Source: a virus. Taken from it: a stretch of 49,909 nucleotides of DNA. Below, in pieces: positions 5,590-15,397 of this stretch. The stretch lies in IMG/VR virus record IMGVR_UViG_3300028837_003833, positions 1 through 49,909 of that record. One strand, 5' to 3'. The notes under the pieces are model-generated. The model ran no database searches. It had not been told where the DNA came from and saw only the letters and a list, made by a program, of their open reading frames with translations. Each line of letters starts with the position of its first letter. Position 1 is the first letter of the stretch. The position numbers were made by a program, and so were the translations under genes.

Positions 5590-6666
5590 TTATCCTACAG
5601 GCAATCCATTTAACATACCATTCTTACAATCACTAAAATCTTTAAAACCTGCTGCAGCCATCCTATCAAATTCTTCCTGAAAGACAAAGTAAAGGGTCAT
5701 AACAGAATCTGGAGTATCCTTCCAGGTATCAAGAGCATAATTATCCACAGGAAGTTCCTGACGAATCTTTGCCCCCGCTCCAACAGCCACTTCCTTCTGA
5801 GGAATAATACAACGTTCCTGTATAACAGTATTATCAAAAGAAGCACTTATTGAATATGCTGTTGCTATTGGCTCACCAAGTGAATCAAGTGAATCATCAG
5901 AAGAATAATCTCCCGAATATGATTGTTCTGATAGTGAGGATTTTGATACAGACTTATATTTAATTCCTTTATTCAGAAGAAAAGAACCTTTAGTAGTAGT
6001 AGGAAATGTAGAATACCCAATAGATGATGGAGAAACAAGATATTTCATATTATCACTTATGTTTATACCACGAGTTACTGATCTATATGAAATTCTTGGT
6101 TCTTTAGGACTATAAAAAGCAAAACCAAATGCTGGTACAGTATTCTCTTTACCAATCATATGTGTTGCTATATCACGCATCATTTCTTCTGTGAAAAAGA
6201 ATTGTCTTACATCACCCTCTGATCTGAATCCATCCCACCATAAAGGAGTACCACTTACATAATTTCTATCAGGCCATTTATAACCACATTCAGGGCAAAA
6301 TCGAAGAGCTTCAAAGTTACAACCATGCTTTGGGCATTTAGTCTCATATTTTTCCAGATGGAAACCAGTAGTCTGCATACCAGTAATAGGATTGCAACCT
6401 TTTACGGTTGGAATAATAGCTGTATTGTTCTCATCATTATTCCGCCAATTAAACCAAAGTCCTTTATTTGGTCTAACAGGGACAACAAAAACTCCTGGAC
6501 CTTTCATCCAGTTTTCAGGATAAGACTTGAAGGAATCAGCATGGTAAACGGTAAGGGCATTTCCTGGGGGCAAACCAAATGTTTGTTCTCCTGTAAGACG
6601 CTCTGCTTCCATTATCTCTGCTTTAAAACCTTTGTGTTCCATTACTTTTGTAGTATTAATTTGCAT
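5590..6666 (-). CDS. Conserved uncharacterised protein with inserted Zn ribbon (about 358 aa)
   Basis: Motifs LPPG, W..GPGVFVVP...LWFNW, NPITG, NYV..PLWWDGF...VRQF, GAGAKIRQ...D.Y....W; CPKH/C...CPEC insertion. Start reassigned to ATG 6666 because the track start overlaps a hairpin. Confidence 0.75.
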   Translation of the reverse strand: MQINTTKVMEHKGFKAEIMEAERLTGEQTFGLPPGNALTVYHADSFKSYPENWMKGPGVFVVPVRPNKGLWFNWRNNDENNTAIIPTVKGCNPITGMQTTGFHLEKYETKCPKHGCNFEALRFCPECGYKWPDRNYVSGTPLWWDGFRSEGDVRQFFFTEEMMRDIATHMIGKENTVPAFGFAFYSPKEPRISYRSVTRGINISDNMKYLVSPSSIGYSTFPTTTKGSFLLNKGIKYKSVSKSSLSEQSYSGDYSSDDSLDSLGEPIATAYSISASFDNTVIQERCIIPQKEVAVGAGAKIRQELPVDNYALDTWKDTPDSVMTLYFVFQEEFDRMAAAGFKDFSDCKNGMLNGLPVG

Positions 6667-6694
6667 ATTATATCCCAGAAATAAAAATGAATTG

Positions 6695-6717
6695 ATAAAG
6701 GGCTGACTTAACAGCCC
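6695..6717 (-). terminator. Intergenic hairpin, possible weak terminator
   Basis: GGGCTG-TTAAGT-CAGCCC followed by TTTAT on the minus strand, just after the 6730 stop. Confidence 0.45.
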
Positions 6718-6729
6718 CATTACTGATCT

Positions 6730-7701
6730 TTAGTACTGACGATTACCCGCTACGTGAAAAGGATCCATAGGAACAATAGATGGACGATTAGCAATTTTCT
6801 TTAACTTCGGAAGATTACCCATAAATCGTAATTCCTCAAATTCTTTAAAGATAATAGGCCATGTAATTTTAAGATCATCAATACCCTTTGCAGCACTTAC
6901 TATTACAGCTTTACGATCAGAAGCTGTCTTAGTATTGATTTTTCCGGAGTCGACTACCAGCTTGATGTAAGCTCTTTCATCATCACCGATACCCGCAAAG
7001 TTTGAAACACAATCTGAGCAATACCCTTTCCAGAGAATTTCTCCGCAAATAGGACACATTTCAATAATGCGATCGTTAAGATTTAGTTCGGAAATCTTAT
7101 ACACTGAAGCAAAAGTATTATTTTCATAGGGGATTATAGTAGGATTGTTTCGCTTTCGGGCAGATTTTAACATCTCCAGTGTGTAGTCAATATCAATCAC
7201 TTCTTTTCCTGGGGTTTGAGTACCAGCTTTTAAAACAATAAAAGGCTGACCTTTCACTCTTCTATTAATTTCCTGTTCTGTCAATTCATCACGATTTTTA
7301 TCCCAGAGAATCAAAAGATCAGTGTCATTCATCTGACCAATTGGTTTGTTTGCCTGAATAAATTCAATAATAGCTGAATTTCCAAGATTAGCAGACTCAG
7401 CATTATCCGGTTTTATTACTACAGGGGATTCTTCTTCAAAGGGATCATTTCCTTTGAGATATATAGAAGCAGCTTTGATACAAAATTTCCCTTTGTCTTC
7501 AAAAAAGTTTTGAAGAATTTCAAAAAGGTCTTCCTGAGTAACCATTTTTGAATTGAGGTATTTCAAACCGGAATCATCTTCCGAAATACCATGATCTTCA
7601 AGAATTTTTTTTAATTTGGGAACTTCTGTATCTTGGAGTTTGAGGGATTCTGCAGCTTTTTGAAAACGTGCAGTTACAGAGGCGAGATTAGAGGTAGACA
7701 T
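6730..7701 (-). CDS. Hypothetical protein with Zn ribbon (323 aa)
   Basis: AAGGAG RBS; CPICG-x7-CSDC. Confidence 0.8.
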   Translation of the reverse strand: MSTSNLASVTARFQKAAESLKLQDTEVPKLKKILEDHGISEDDSGLKYLNSKMVTQEDLFEILQNFFEDKGKFCIKAASIYLKGNDPFEEESPVVIKPDNAESANLGNSAIIEFIQANKPIGQMNDTDLLILWDKNRDELTEQEINRRVKGQPFIVLKAGTQTPGKEVIDIDYTLEMLKSARKRNNPTIIPYENNTFASVYKISELNLNDRIIEMCPICGEILWKGYCSDCVSNFAGIGDDERAYIKLVVDSGKINTKTASDRKAVIVSAAKGIDDLKITWPIIFKEFEELRFMGNLPKLKKIANRPSIVPMDPFHVAGNRQY

Positions 7702-7847
7702 AACACTTCTCCTTGTGCTTGCCGACGTATAACGGTCAGCGGTTTTTGAGCATCTCGATAACAGCGGCTCACCTGTACATGCCTTTAAACCTGCATGTTC
7801 GGTTTTGTGAGTCCTATAATAATCTTATAAGATTCACGAATATTTAA

Positions 7848-7876
7848 AAACTATATGGTTACCAAAGTAATGTCAA
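7848..7876 (-). promoter_or_regulatory. Sigma70-type promoter TTGACA-N17-TAGTTT
   Basis: Consensus -35 at 7871-7876, 17 nt spacer, TAGTTT at 7848-7853. The same arrangement recurs at 27966-27994. Confidence 0.75.
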
Positions 7877-7887
7877 TAATTTTTTTT

Positions 7888-7920
7888 AATTATCATCAAT
7901 TATCATCAATTATCATCAAT
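7888..7920. repeat. 10-bp tandem repeat (TATCATCAAT x3.3) spanning the stop codon of the 7906 gene
   Basis: aat tatcatcaat tatcatcaat tatcatcaat read directly. Confidence 0.9.
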
Positions 7921-8301
7921 ATCTAAAATATCTTTAAGAAGACTCACTTCAAGAGGGGTCATTAATTGATCACCAGATACTTTAATCTTTTCTGTTAATG
8001 CTATATCAATCTCTTCATTTTGAATTTCTTCAAGCTCTTTTTTACATTCTCTTTCTAATTCTGATGTATCAAACAAAAGTTTACCATTAGTATCAGATAA
8101 AGGATTTCCAATATCATCTTTTTTACAATATTTATCAGCTACAGCTTTTCGTGCTCTCTGTACTATTTGATGTTGAGCTATTAAATCTTCTAGGCAAGAG
8201 GAAACTTCAAGACAACTTCTAGCAGGCATTTTTAAGTTCATGACATTTGTAAAAGCTTCAATAAATTCTTTTTTCATTATTAAAGAGTTTTTGATAAGCA
8301 T
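7906..8301 (-). CDS. DUF1617-like phage protein (131 aa), possible tail/fibre assembly chaperone
   Basis: KYCKKDDIGNP...ECKKELEEIQNEEIDI pattern; directly follows a fibre-like gene. Confidence 0.55.
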   Translation of the reverse strand: MLIKNSLIMKKEFIEAFTNVMNLKMPARSCLEVSSCLEDLIAQHQIVQRARKAVADKYCKKDDIGNPLSDTNGKLLFDTSELERECKKELEEIQNEEIDIALTEKIKVSGDQLMTPLEVSLLKDILDIDDN

Positions 8302-8345
8302 ATTTAATCCTTATGTTATTTATTTTTATTTATATATATAAAAGT

Positions 8346-9731
8346 TTATTCTACAAATAAAACCCCGGCACATACAAAAACTTTTTTAGAAGAACCTGTA
8401 GATTGATCTCTTAAATAAATATATTCATAAGCAAGTCCTAGTGTACCTATATGAGCACCAGTAGCATCAATAGGATAAATACTTCTAGTATACATTGGAA
8501 CTAATGCATCAATATATGATGCACATACACTAAATGTTCTTGCACTATTTACAACAATATCTAAATTAGGTCCGGAAATATACCAAGTACCAGTCATGGC
8601 AACATCTACACTATACATTCCTTGAGTAGAATAAATTTTATTAATATAAGCATTAGTAAAAATATTACTACTATCTCCAAGAGATATACCACTCCCAGGA
8701 ATAACATCTCTATTAACATAGATACTACTGTCATCTACATGAAATGCTTCTGATGAACTAGAATTTGTATAGACACTAAAGCTAGGAGCATATACCGTTA
8801 AATAATAATTACAATCATAATTACCTAATTGTATACCATCTTCATCATTTACAGAAATAATTTTATCCTCAGGATGATTGAGATGATACATATCAAAAAA
8901 TTGAACATTTATTCTTATATTGTCTAAACAAGAAGCACGACCAATTGTTAACAAATCTTCTTCTTCAGGAGAATAAATACGATTAGCAAGAAGATCTCCT
9001 ACAAAATCAGTAGCATAAATTTTATTATATGTACAAAGGCTTGATCCGATGTTATATGTTGGTGCATTAGGTACTATATCATTTGTCTTAAGATCTCCTC
9101 TTACTTCTAAGATACCATCAATAGGTAATAGAAACCTTGGTATACCACCATCCTCACCAAAAAGATATTCTTTAGTATTTACAATAATAGAATATTCGTG
9201 TTCACCACTAAAAGAACGAAAAGTAGACGATACCGTTTTATATGTTATCGTACCTTGCTCAGCATTTGATGCGATTATAAAATTAGTACTTAAAGTTATA
9301 GAATCTTCAGTAATTTCAAAAGTATCACCAATAGTAATCTTATTATCAGAACCATTAATGACAATATCACCAAGAATCATACTCGGAATGGTAAGATCAA
9401 AAACTCCAACATCAATACCCGATCGACCTATAAGCCTGATCATATTCTTGGCAACATTGATTTCAGAACCAGCTTCACCCGGTACAAGACTTACACTAGG
9501 AATAGAATTATAAGGATCAAAAAGAGTCTTGTAAATTTTGGCGATAAAGTCATAAGATCTTTCATCACCTATCCTTTGTGTACGTCCCCATTCATCATCA
9601 TCATCCGTTTGAGGAGTGTTAATGATAGCACCAGGTAGCATCTCATCACCAATACCGTAATAGACACTCTTTGGACCCTTAGAGAAAGAATCATAAATAG
9701 AACTATATGAAAGAAAATCGCTGTCAGCCAT
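8346..9731 (-). CDS. Putative virion structural / tail fibre-like protein (461 aa)
   Basis: Acidic, rich in S/I/G/T. Repeated IxP-x3-5-(Y/S/H)(N/L/I)G...(Y/F)xxIY motifs as seen in fibre shafts; AAGGAG RBS. Confidence 0.55.
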   Translation of the reverse strand: MADSDFLSYSSIYDSFSKGPKSVYYGIGDEMLPGAIINTPQTDDDDEWGRTQRIGDERSYDFIAKIYKTLFDPYNSIPSVSLVPGEAGSEINVAKNMIRLIGRSGIDVGVFDLTIPSMILGDIVINGSDNKITIGDTFEITEDSITLSTNFIIASNAEQGTITYKTVSSTFRSFSGEHEYSIIVNTKEYLFGEDGGIPRFLLPIDGILEVRGDLKTNDIVPNAPTYNIGSSLCTYNKIYATDFVGDLLANRIYSPEEEDLLTIGRASCLDNIRINVQFFDMYHLNHPEDKIISVNDEDGIQLGNYDCNYYLTVYAPSFSVYTNSSSSEAFHVDDSSIYVNRDVIPGSGISLGDSSNIFTNAYINKIYSTQGMYSVDVAMTGTWYISGPNLDIVVNSARTFSVCASYIDALVPMYTRSIYPIDATGAHIGTLGLAYEYIYLRDQSTGSSKKVFVCAGVLFVE

Positions 9732-9844
9732 TACAGACTCCTTATGAATATCACAATAAACGTACTATTAATAAGGATATACATTAGTAGATTATTATAA
9801 GATTTAAAAATGAATGTAAAAAGTATTAAGTTTCCTTTAAAAAA

Positions 9845-10741
9845 TCAATCTATTGGTTTAATTACCAATTTGAATGTGACATAACACTTAAATTTTTCAG
9901 GATGACGAAGATATTGCAAATAATGTTCAATAGGAACTTCTTCATCCTCAGATTTACCAAGTACTTTAAAAGCCTCAGTATTCCCATGCTTCTCTATGAC
10001 AAGCTCTCCCTTATGCTTATACTCTATCGGAGAATCTGTAGAAGGAGTATCATCATCTATAGCATCAGAAGATGTTTCAGAAGCATCAGAATCAAGATTA
10101 TTCTTTTTATAATTTTTTTCTACAGATTTAAGTATCGTAGGAACATCTCTAGCCGGAGATTCATGTTCCATAATAAAATCTACGGTATCCTTAATAACAT
10201 CCGGATCTTCAGTTTTTTCTGAAATTTTAGACCAATGAGAATCATTAAAAGTAGAGTCACCTATAGGTTTAGAAAGTTCTGTTATAGCTTCCTCTGGTAT
10301 TCTACCTAAATCCTGAGACAATGTGGCAAGTCTCTTCAATCGATGCGGAGTAACTTGTAGTATCTCAGAAATTTCTTTATCAGTCTTATCCATACTATTT
10401 AACTTTAAATATGCTCTATTTAAATCCATAGGACTAAGATTTAATCGTTTAATATTCTCATCCAAAGAAATAAGAAAAGCTTCTTCATCAGTAGCTTCTA
10501 AAATTACATATTCTTCTGGAGGAAGCTCGTAATCCTCTCCATGTAATTTCTTTAAAGCTTCCAACCTACGTTGACCTGAGACTACCTCATAAACCCCATC
10601 ATCCCGGCATCTTAGTGCCAACCTATTAATAAGATGATGTTTTTTTATCGATTTAGCTAAGTTTGAAATATTTCCAGCATCAGTATCCTCAACAACAGTA
10701 CGAGCATTACATTTGGAAATAATTATTTCACTTATTTTCAT
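9845..10741 (-). CDS. ParB/Srx-family N-terminal domain protein (298 aa)
   Basis: NAR...LAKSIKKHHLINRL...YEVVSGQRRLEALK...SLDENIKRLNLSPMD followed by an HTH-like segment. Confidence 0.9.
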   Translation of the reverse strand: MKISEIIISKCNARTVVEDTDAGNISNLAKSIKKHHLINRLALRCRDDGVYEVVSGQRRLEALKKLHGEDYELPPEEYVILEATDEEAFLISLDENIKRLNLSPMDLNRAYLKLNSMDKTDKEISEILQVTPHRLKRLATLSQDLGRIPEEAITELSKPIGDSTFNDSHWSKISEKTEDPDVIKDTVDFIMEHESPARDVPTILKSVEKNYKKNNLDSDASETSSDAIDDDTPSTDSPIEYKHKGELVIEKHGNTEAFKVLGKSEDEEVPIEHYLQYLRHPEKFKCYVTFKLVIKPID

Positions 10742-10764
10742 AATAGGATTCCTTCCATAACCGT

Positions 10765-12735
10765 TTAGAAAAGACTTTCCGAAACTATGTCTATTACATC
10801 CGATTTATTATCTATTTTCTTTTCTTCCTTTTTTTGCATACCACCTATGATCTTAATAAATTCATCTTCATTAATCAATTTAACTCCGAGTTTCTGAGCC
10901 TTTCTATTCTTCGATGTTCCAGAATTTTTATCATTTGTAACCAAATATGTGAGTCCATCTGACACTGAATCCTTTGAAATACCCCCAAGGTCTACCACGG
11001 TTTTCTGAAACTCTTTTCTACCCATAGAAGATAATGAACCTGTCACACAAAATGACATCCCCGTCAAAATACCCTTTTTCTTTTCTTTAATCTTAATAAC
11101 CTGAAGAAGATCATCAGCCATAGGCTTAATCTCGGAAATACCATTACAAACACTATGGGCAGAAGTTTCCGCAAACCCGGCAATTTTTTCCAAATCCGAG
11201 GGTACTACACAGGCAATTTTTTCCCATGACTCATATTTCTCCACCAAAATTCCTGAGGTGGTCTTGGAGCATGTAGGAATACCAAGTGCTGTGATAAACT
11301 TCTCAAGATATAGCTCTTTTGTCTCTTCTATTGTTTTAAAGAATGTTTTTACGGTTTTCTCCCCAATACCCTCTACCGCTATAAAATCATCTGCAGTCAA
11401 TTTATATAAATCAGATACCGATCTTATTTTACCTAAATCCCACAACCTAGAAACAAATCTCTCAGAAAATCCCTTCATATCAAGAGTCTGTATCCAATAA
11501 ACTATTCTATTGATATCTCTCTCCTTGCATATTTTATTCCGACACCAAATATTTACTCCATCATCTTCTACAGGACCACCGCAAGAGGGGCATACTTCTG
11601 GTTTTGGAAATGGATCTCCTTCCATGATAACTTCTGTAACTTGTGGGATTATATCTCCCTTCTTCTCAATAGTAACTTCAGCGCCTACTCCTATACACAT
11701 TTCTTCCATATAAGCAAAGTTATGGACAGAAGCTTTTTTAATGGTACTTCCCATAAGTTCTACATCTTCAAGTTTAGCTACAGGAGTAATTTTACCAGTA
11801 CGACCTATTTGAAGTAATATATCTAAGACTGTTGTCACACTTTTTTCAGATTCAAATTTTAAAGCTATCTGACCTTCTGGACGATTTCGTTTTGTTCCGA
11901 GTTTCTCCTGAAGATCAATATCATTAATCTTTAAAACAAGACCATCAATTTCATAATCATATTTAGTACGTTGTTTATCCCGAATCGATTTATAGATTGC
12001 TATAATTTCTTCGATCGAATGACAGATAAATGTTTCTACCGTAGTAAATCCTAACTTTTGTAAAATTTCAATTTTTTCAGTTTCCTTTTTTACTTTAGCA
12101 TTAATATCATAAGCTATTACCCTGATATACTTACTATAAGAACCATCAAAACGTCTACTGATACCACTTGCAGCATTTCGAGCATTCTTATAAGGTTTTT
12201 CTCCCATCTTTTTTCTTTGTTCTTGTACAAGTACATAGTCTCTTTTTGGCAGTACACCCTCACCACGAATTATTATATCATTTTTAATAGGTGTAATTAA
12301 AGGAACTTGTCGAAATAACAAAACATTCTCATAAATGTTTTCTCCGATATACCCATCACCCCGTGTTAAACCACTCTCAAGTTTACCATCACTATAACAG
12401 ATTTCTAAAGAAAATCCATCTATTTTATGTTGTAAAACCCATTCTAATTTTTTAAAACCAAGTTCAGCAAGAGTTTTCTTAACCCATTCTCGAATTTCAT
12501 CTTCTGATGAAACCTTGTTTTGGGATCCCATAGCAATAATATGTTTTTTCTTAGACCAAGAGCTGCAGACTGAATGACCTATCTTAGATAGTCGGGGATG
12601 ATCCGGAGGAAGATTTCGAAACACTTTATCTTTAAATGCATCATATCCAGCATCATCAATAAGAGGCTCACTATTATAGTACGCATTTTCATACTCATCT
12701 AATTTCTTAAGCCATCCTGCTATTCTATCGTTCAT
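10765..12735 (-). CDS. ligA: NAD-dependent DNA ligase
   Basis: KIDG adenylation motif, TRGDG, RGE, NARNAASG, IDGLVLK, QIGRTGKITPV, Zn finger CPSC..C....C, HhH repeats, BRCT (FCVTGSL...KAQKLGV). Confidence 0.97.
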   Translation of the reverse strand: MNDRIAGWLKKLDEYENAYYNSEPLIDDAGYDAFKDKVFRNLPPDHPRLSKIGHSVCSSWSKKKHIIAMGSQNKVSSEDEIREWVKKTLAELGFKKLEWVLQHKIDGFSLEICYSDGKLESGLTRGDGYIGENIYENVLLFRQVPLITPIKNDIIIRGEGVLPKRDYVLVQEQRKKMGEKPYKNARNAASGISRRFDGSYSKYIRVIAYDINAKVKKETEKIEILQKLGFTTVETFICHSIEEIIAIYKSIRDKQRTKYDYEIDGLVLKINDIDLQEKLGTKRNRPEGQIALKFESEKSVTTVLDILLQIGRTGKITPVAKLEDVELMGSTIKKASVHNFAYMEEMCIGVGAEVTIEKKGDIIPQVTEVIMEGDPFPKPEVCPSCGGPVEDDGVNIWCRNKICKERDINRIVYWIQTLDMKGFSERFVSRLWDLGKIRSVSDLYKLTADDFIAVEGIGEKTVKTFFKTIEETKELYLEKFITALGIPTCSKTTSGILVEKYESWEKIACVVPSDLEKIAGFAETSAHSVCNGISEIKPMADDLLQVIKIKEKKKGILTGMSFCVTGSLSSMGRKEFQKTVVDLGGISKDSVSDGLTYLVTNDKNSGTSKNRKAQKLGVKLINEDEFIKIIGGMQKKEEKKIDNKSDVIDIVSESLF

Positions 12736-12956
12736 AAACTATCCTCATCATACTTTAGATCATTTTTAAAAATTTGTCTTCGCTTTTTTTTATGCATCTT
12801 CTTTATTTCTTGTCTCTGTACAGAACCATACCCTACATAACTATCAAGAGTTGTGCCGTCTCCAAAGGAAAGTGTAACCTTTTTTTTCTTTTCCATTTTC
12901 GGGACACTTTTAAAACAAGAGTGTGAACTTCTATTGGTACTTCCCCATGAAGGCAT
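12732..12956 (-). CDS. Small basic hypothetical protein (74 aa)
   Basis: 4-nt overlap with ligA (ATGA); tight operon packing. Confidence 0.65.
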   Translation of the reverse strand: MPSWGSTNRSSHSCFKSVPKMEKKKKVTLSFGDGTTLDSYVGYGSVQRQEIKKMHKKKRRQIFKNDLKYDEDSL

Positions 12957-12959
12957 CTA

Positions 12960-13466
12960 TTACTCTCCAATTTTTTCAGTACAGGTTAATTCTATAACAA
13001 TATTCATCATATTATTAGTTAAAACGTACATATTCTTTTTACGCATGTTTTTTATGGTACAAGAGCAAGGAATGAGAATTCTCCAGAATTTAGATGCCTT
13101 TTCTCTCTCTAAAACGATCTTCTTTTGCTCATCAGATAACCCATCAAAAGATATAGAAGAAAGCATTGTGAAATCTTTAACATCACTAATTTGATTCTTA
13201 TCAACATCCATGATTGTTCTACCTGTACCATAACATTTGTTACAATTACTTTTTCCGAAAGACATTACTTCACGAATGGGGATATGCCGAGGTTTAATTA
13301 TAAAAGTTTTTTCGCCATTATTTTTTTCTATAGTATCATAGGAGAAAACTTCTTCACTCACAAACTTCCTGGAATCCATAATTTCTTTATAAATAACTTT
13401 AGCGAGAGTAGGATTAAAGGCTTCTTCTACATCATATGTTTTTTTTACCTGAGTCTCCTCTAACAT
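12960..13466 (-). CDS. Hypothetical Zn-binding protein (168 aa)
   Basis: CNKCYGTG and distal PCSC; overlaps the upstream stop. Confidence 0.75.
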   Translation of the reverse strand: MLEETQVKKTYDVEEAFNPTLAKVIYKEIMDSRKFVSEEVFSYDTIEKNNGEKTFIIKPRHIPIREVMSFGKSNCNKCYGTGRTIMDVDKNQISDVKDFTMLSSISFDGLSDEQKKIVLEREKASKFWRILIPCSCTIKNMRKKNMYVLTNNMMNIVIELTCTEKIGE

Positions 13467-14647
13467 TCTTCAACCCCCTCCGAAAAAAATAAGTTTAGAT
13501 AAATCCCGATCGCTTTTTCTATTTTAAGCCTTTTCAAAGATTCAAAATCTTTAGCCACTAATCCTATGTGCCTAGCAAGATCCCAAGGAGAATTTATTTC
13601 ATCTTCACACTCAGCTATTTGATGATAAATTGCTTTCTTCATCTTAGAGGTTAGTCCTTTTGTTTTACAAATCTCTATTGCATCAGATTCAGGATAAAAA
13701 TTAGATCTATCACAGTCAGATTGTTTCTTTTTTAATCTTTCAAAAATTTCCGGAACTTCATCATTTAATCGAATAAGCATAGCTGGAAGTATATCTTTAA
13801 GACTTGAAGGTTGTAATCCTTTATAATCAGATTTGAAAAAAGATTCTCCCCCATAATTTGCTACACAGTATGTTTTTGATATTTTATTATATAACAGCAC
13901 ATCGATAGTTAATGGGCAAGCATCTAACTCTGAAGCGGATATCGAAAAACCAAGCTGTACGGGACCATTAAAATCATACTCTTTCTCAAATAAAAATCTA
14001 GCATGAAATATTAAATCATCTTTATTATCCCCATAAACACAATCCAATTTAAGAGATACCATAATAGAATCTCGAATAATTTGAATTAATTCATAAAGAG
14101 GAATAAAAGATTTAGCAGTAGAAGTAATAGCTCGTATAATAGTACACCCATCCGATTCCCTAATTTTTAATATATTTTGAGCTTTCTTAACATCATCCGC
14201 TAAACCTGCTTGCCATGTTTTAATGATATTCATTTTTAGGGTAGGTCGACAGGTAGCAAAAAAAGAATAAGGGATACCTATTATTTTACAGAGTTGTTTT
14301 GTTGCATGTATTACTTTTTCATCTTTTGGATTATCGGGGTCAACTTTGAAATATAAGCGATTAGAATAATAATTTTTATCTTGAAATTCTATATAAGTAT
14401 CTTCATCAACAATCGTATAGTTTATTGTCCTTAAATCTACCAATAAATCTATGCACCTTTTATGCCACATCTCTAAACGACCACACAAATCAGGAATATC
14501 ATTGGAATTATCTTTTATATCTTCATGGACTTCTATAGTATTAGGTAGATTTTTAGAAGACAATTTATCTCTTGCAATACGTTCTGGTAGCTCTTTCTCA
14601 AAGAAGTCATCATCACCATTAAGAAGTTCTTCTACATCAATGTCCAT
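13460..14647 (-). CDS. Hypothetical protein, possibly DUF932-like (395 aa)
   Basis: ATKQLC..IGIP..F, IRAITS..., LGFSISASE.....LTID..LY...(S)..YC pattern reminiscent of DUF932-type phage proteins. Family call is weak. Confidence 0.55.
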   Translation of the reverse strand: MDIDVEELLNGDDDFFEKELPERIARDKLSSKNLPNTIEVHEDIKDNSNDIPDLCGRLEMWHKRCIDLLVDLRTINYTIVDEDTYIEFQDKNYYSNRLYFKVDPDNPKDEKVIHATKQLCKIIGIPYSFFATCRPTLKMNIIKTWQAGLADDVKKAQNILKIRESDGCTIIRAITSTAKSFIPLYELIQIIRDSIMVSLKLDCVYGDNKDDLIFHARFLFEKEYDFNGPVQLGFSISASELDACPLTIDVLLYNKISKTYCVANYGGESFFKSDYKGLQPSSLKDILPAMLIRLNDEVPEIFERLKKKQSDCDRSNFYPESDAIEICKTKGLTSKMKKAIYHQIAECEDEINSPWDLARHIGLVAKDFESLKRLKIEKAIGIYLNLFFSEGVEEC

Positions 14648-15186
14648 GACTCTATCCCCATATCTTCTTTAAGAGTAACTTCTCCATTTTTAATCCAAGA
14701 CAATATCTTCTGAATATCTTTTTCATAATATAAATTAAAAATTGGTATATTGTGGTATTGAGCTATTCTAATAGCCTGACCGGTACCTCCAGAATCCTTT
14801 CCATTATAAGTATAACAAATGACTAATTTTACTGGGTCATTAAGTTGTTTTCCAAGTATTTGGTATCCATTCCTGGCGATTAGTAATTTCGTAGTATTAG
14901 ATAAATATTTCCAAGAAGAATGAAATTTTTCTGCCAGATCCATTGCTCCCTTTGATACCTTATAATTCTTTGAATCATTACCATTAAAACCCTCCCAGGG
15001 TAAAAAGATACTCTTTCTCCATAAATGTGTGACCCCTTTCTCAAAAGCTTTATCTGCCCCCTCAGCTCCCCCTGAACGTAAGACATACTTTTGACTGTCC
15101 ATAAACTGTGCTATTTCAGTCATAAATTTCATAATGTTAATAGGAGTTTTACGCGATCCTATTCCACTATAAGCATTGATTATCAT
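14632..15186 (-). CDS. SLOG-superfamily (DprA/Smf-like Rossmann) protein (184 aa)
   Basis: YSGIGSRKTP, LRSGGAEGADKAFE, ARN..QILG, GGTGQAIRIA...IPIFNL. Confidence 0.85.
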   Translation of the reverse strand: MIINAYSGIGSRKTPINIMKFMTEIAQFMDSQKYVLRSGGAEGADKAFEKGVTHLWRKSIFLPWEGFNGNDSKNYKVSKGAMDLAEKFHSSWKYLSNTTKLLIARNGYQILGKQLNDPVKLVICYTYNGKDSGGTGQAIRIAQYHNIPIFNLYYEKDIQKILSWIKNGEVTLKEDMGIESWTLM

Positions 15187-15397
15187 ATTGTTTCTTAATT
15201 TTTTTGTTTGTAGAATTTTTACGACATCTTAAGGAATACAATCGCTTAACCGCCTGGGCATAGGGTTCATCACCTAGAGCAGATAGGTTACCTTCTTGAT
15301 ATTGCCTTATATTTTTATTTAAAAGTTCTATATCAAAAATAATTTTTCGATATTTCTCTAATTTAATATTTTCTTCTCCTAACTTAGCATCTTCCAT
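15167..15397 (-). CDS. Hypothetical protein (76 aa)
   Basis: Fills the gap with short overlaps on both sides. Confidence 0.55.
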   Translation of the reverse strand: MEDAKLGEENIKLEKYRKIIFDIELLNKNIRQYQEGNLSALGDEPYAQAVKRLYSLRCRKNSTNKKIKKQYDNQCL

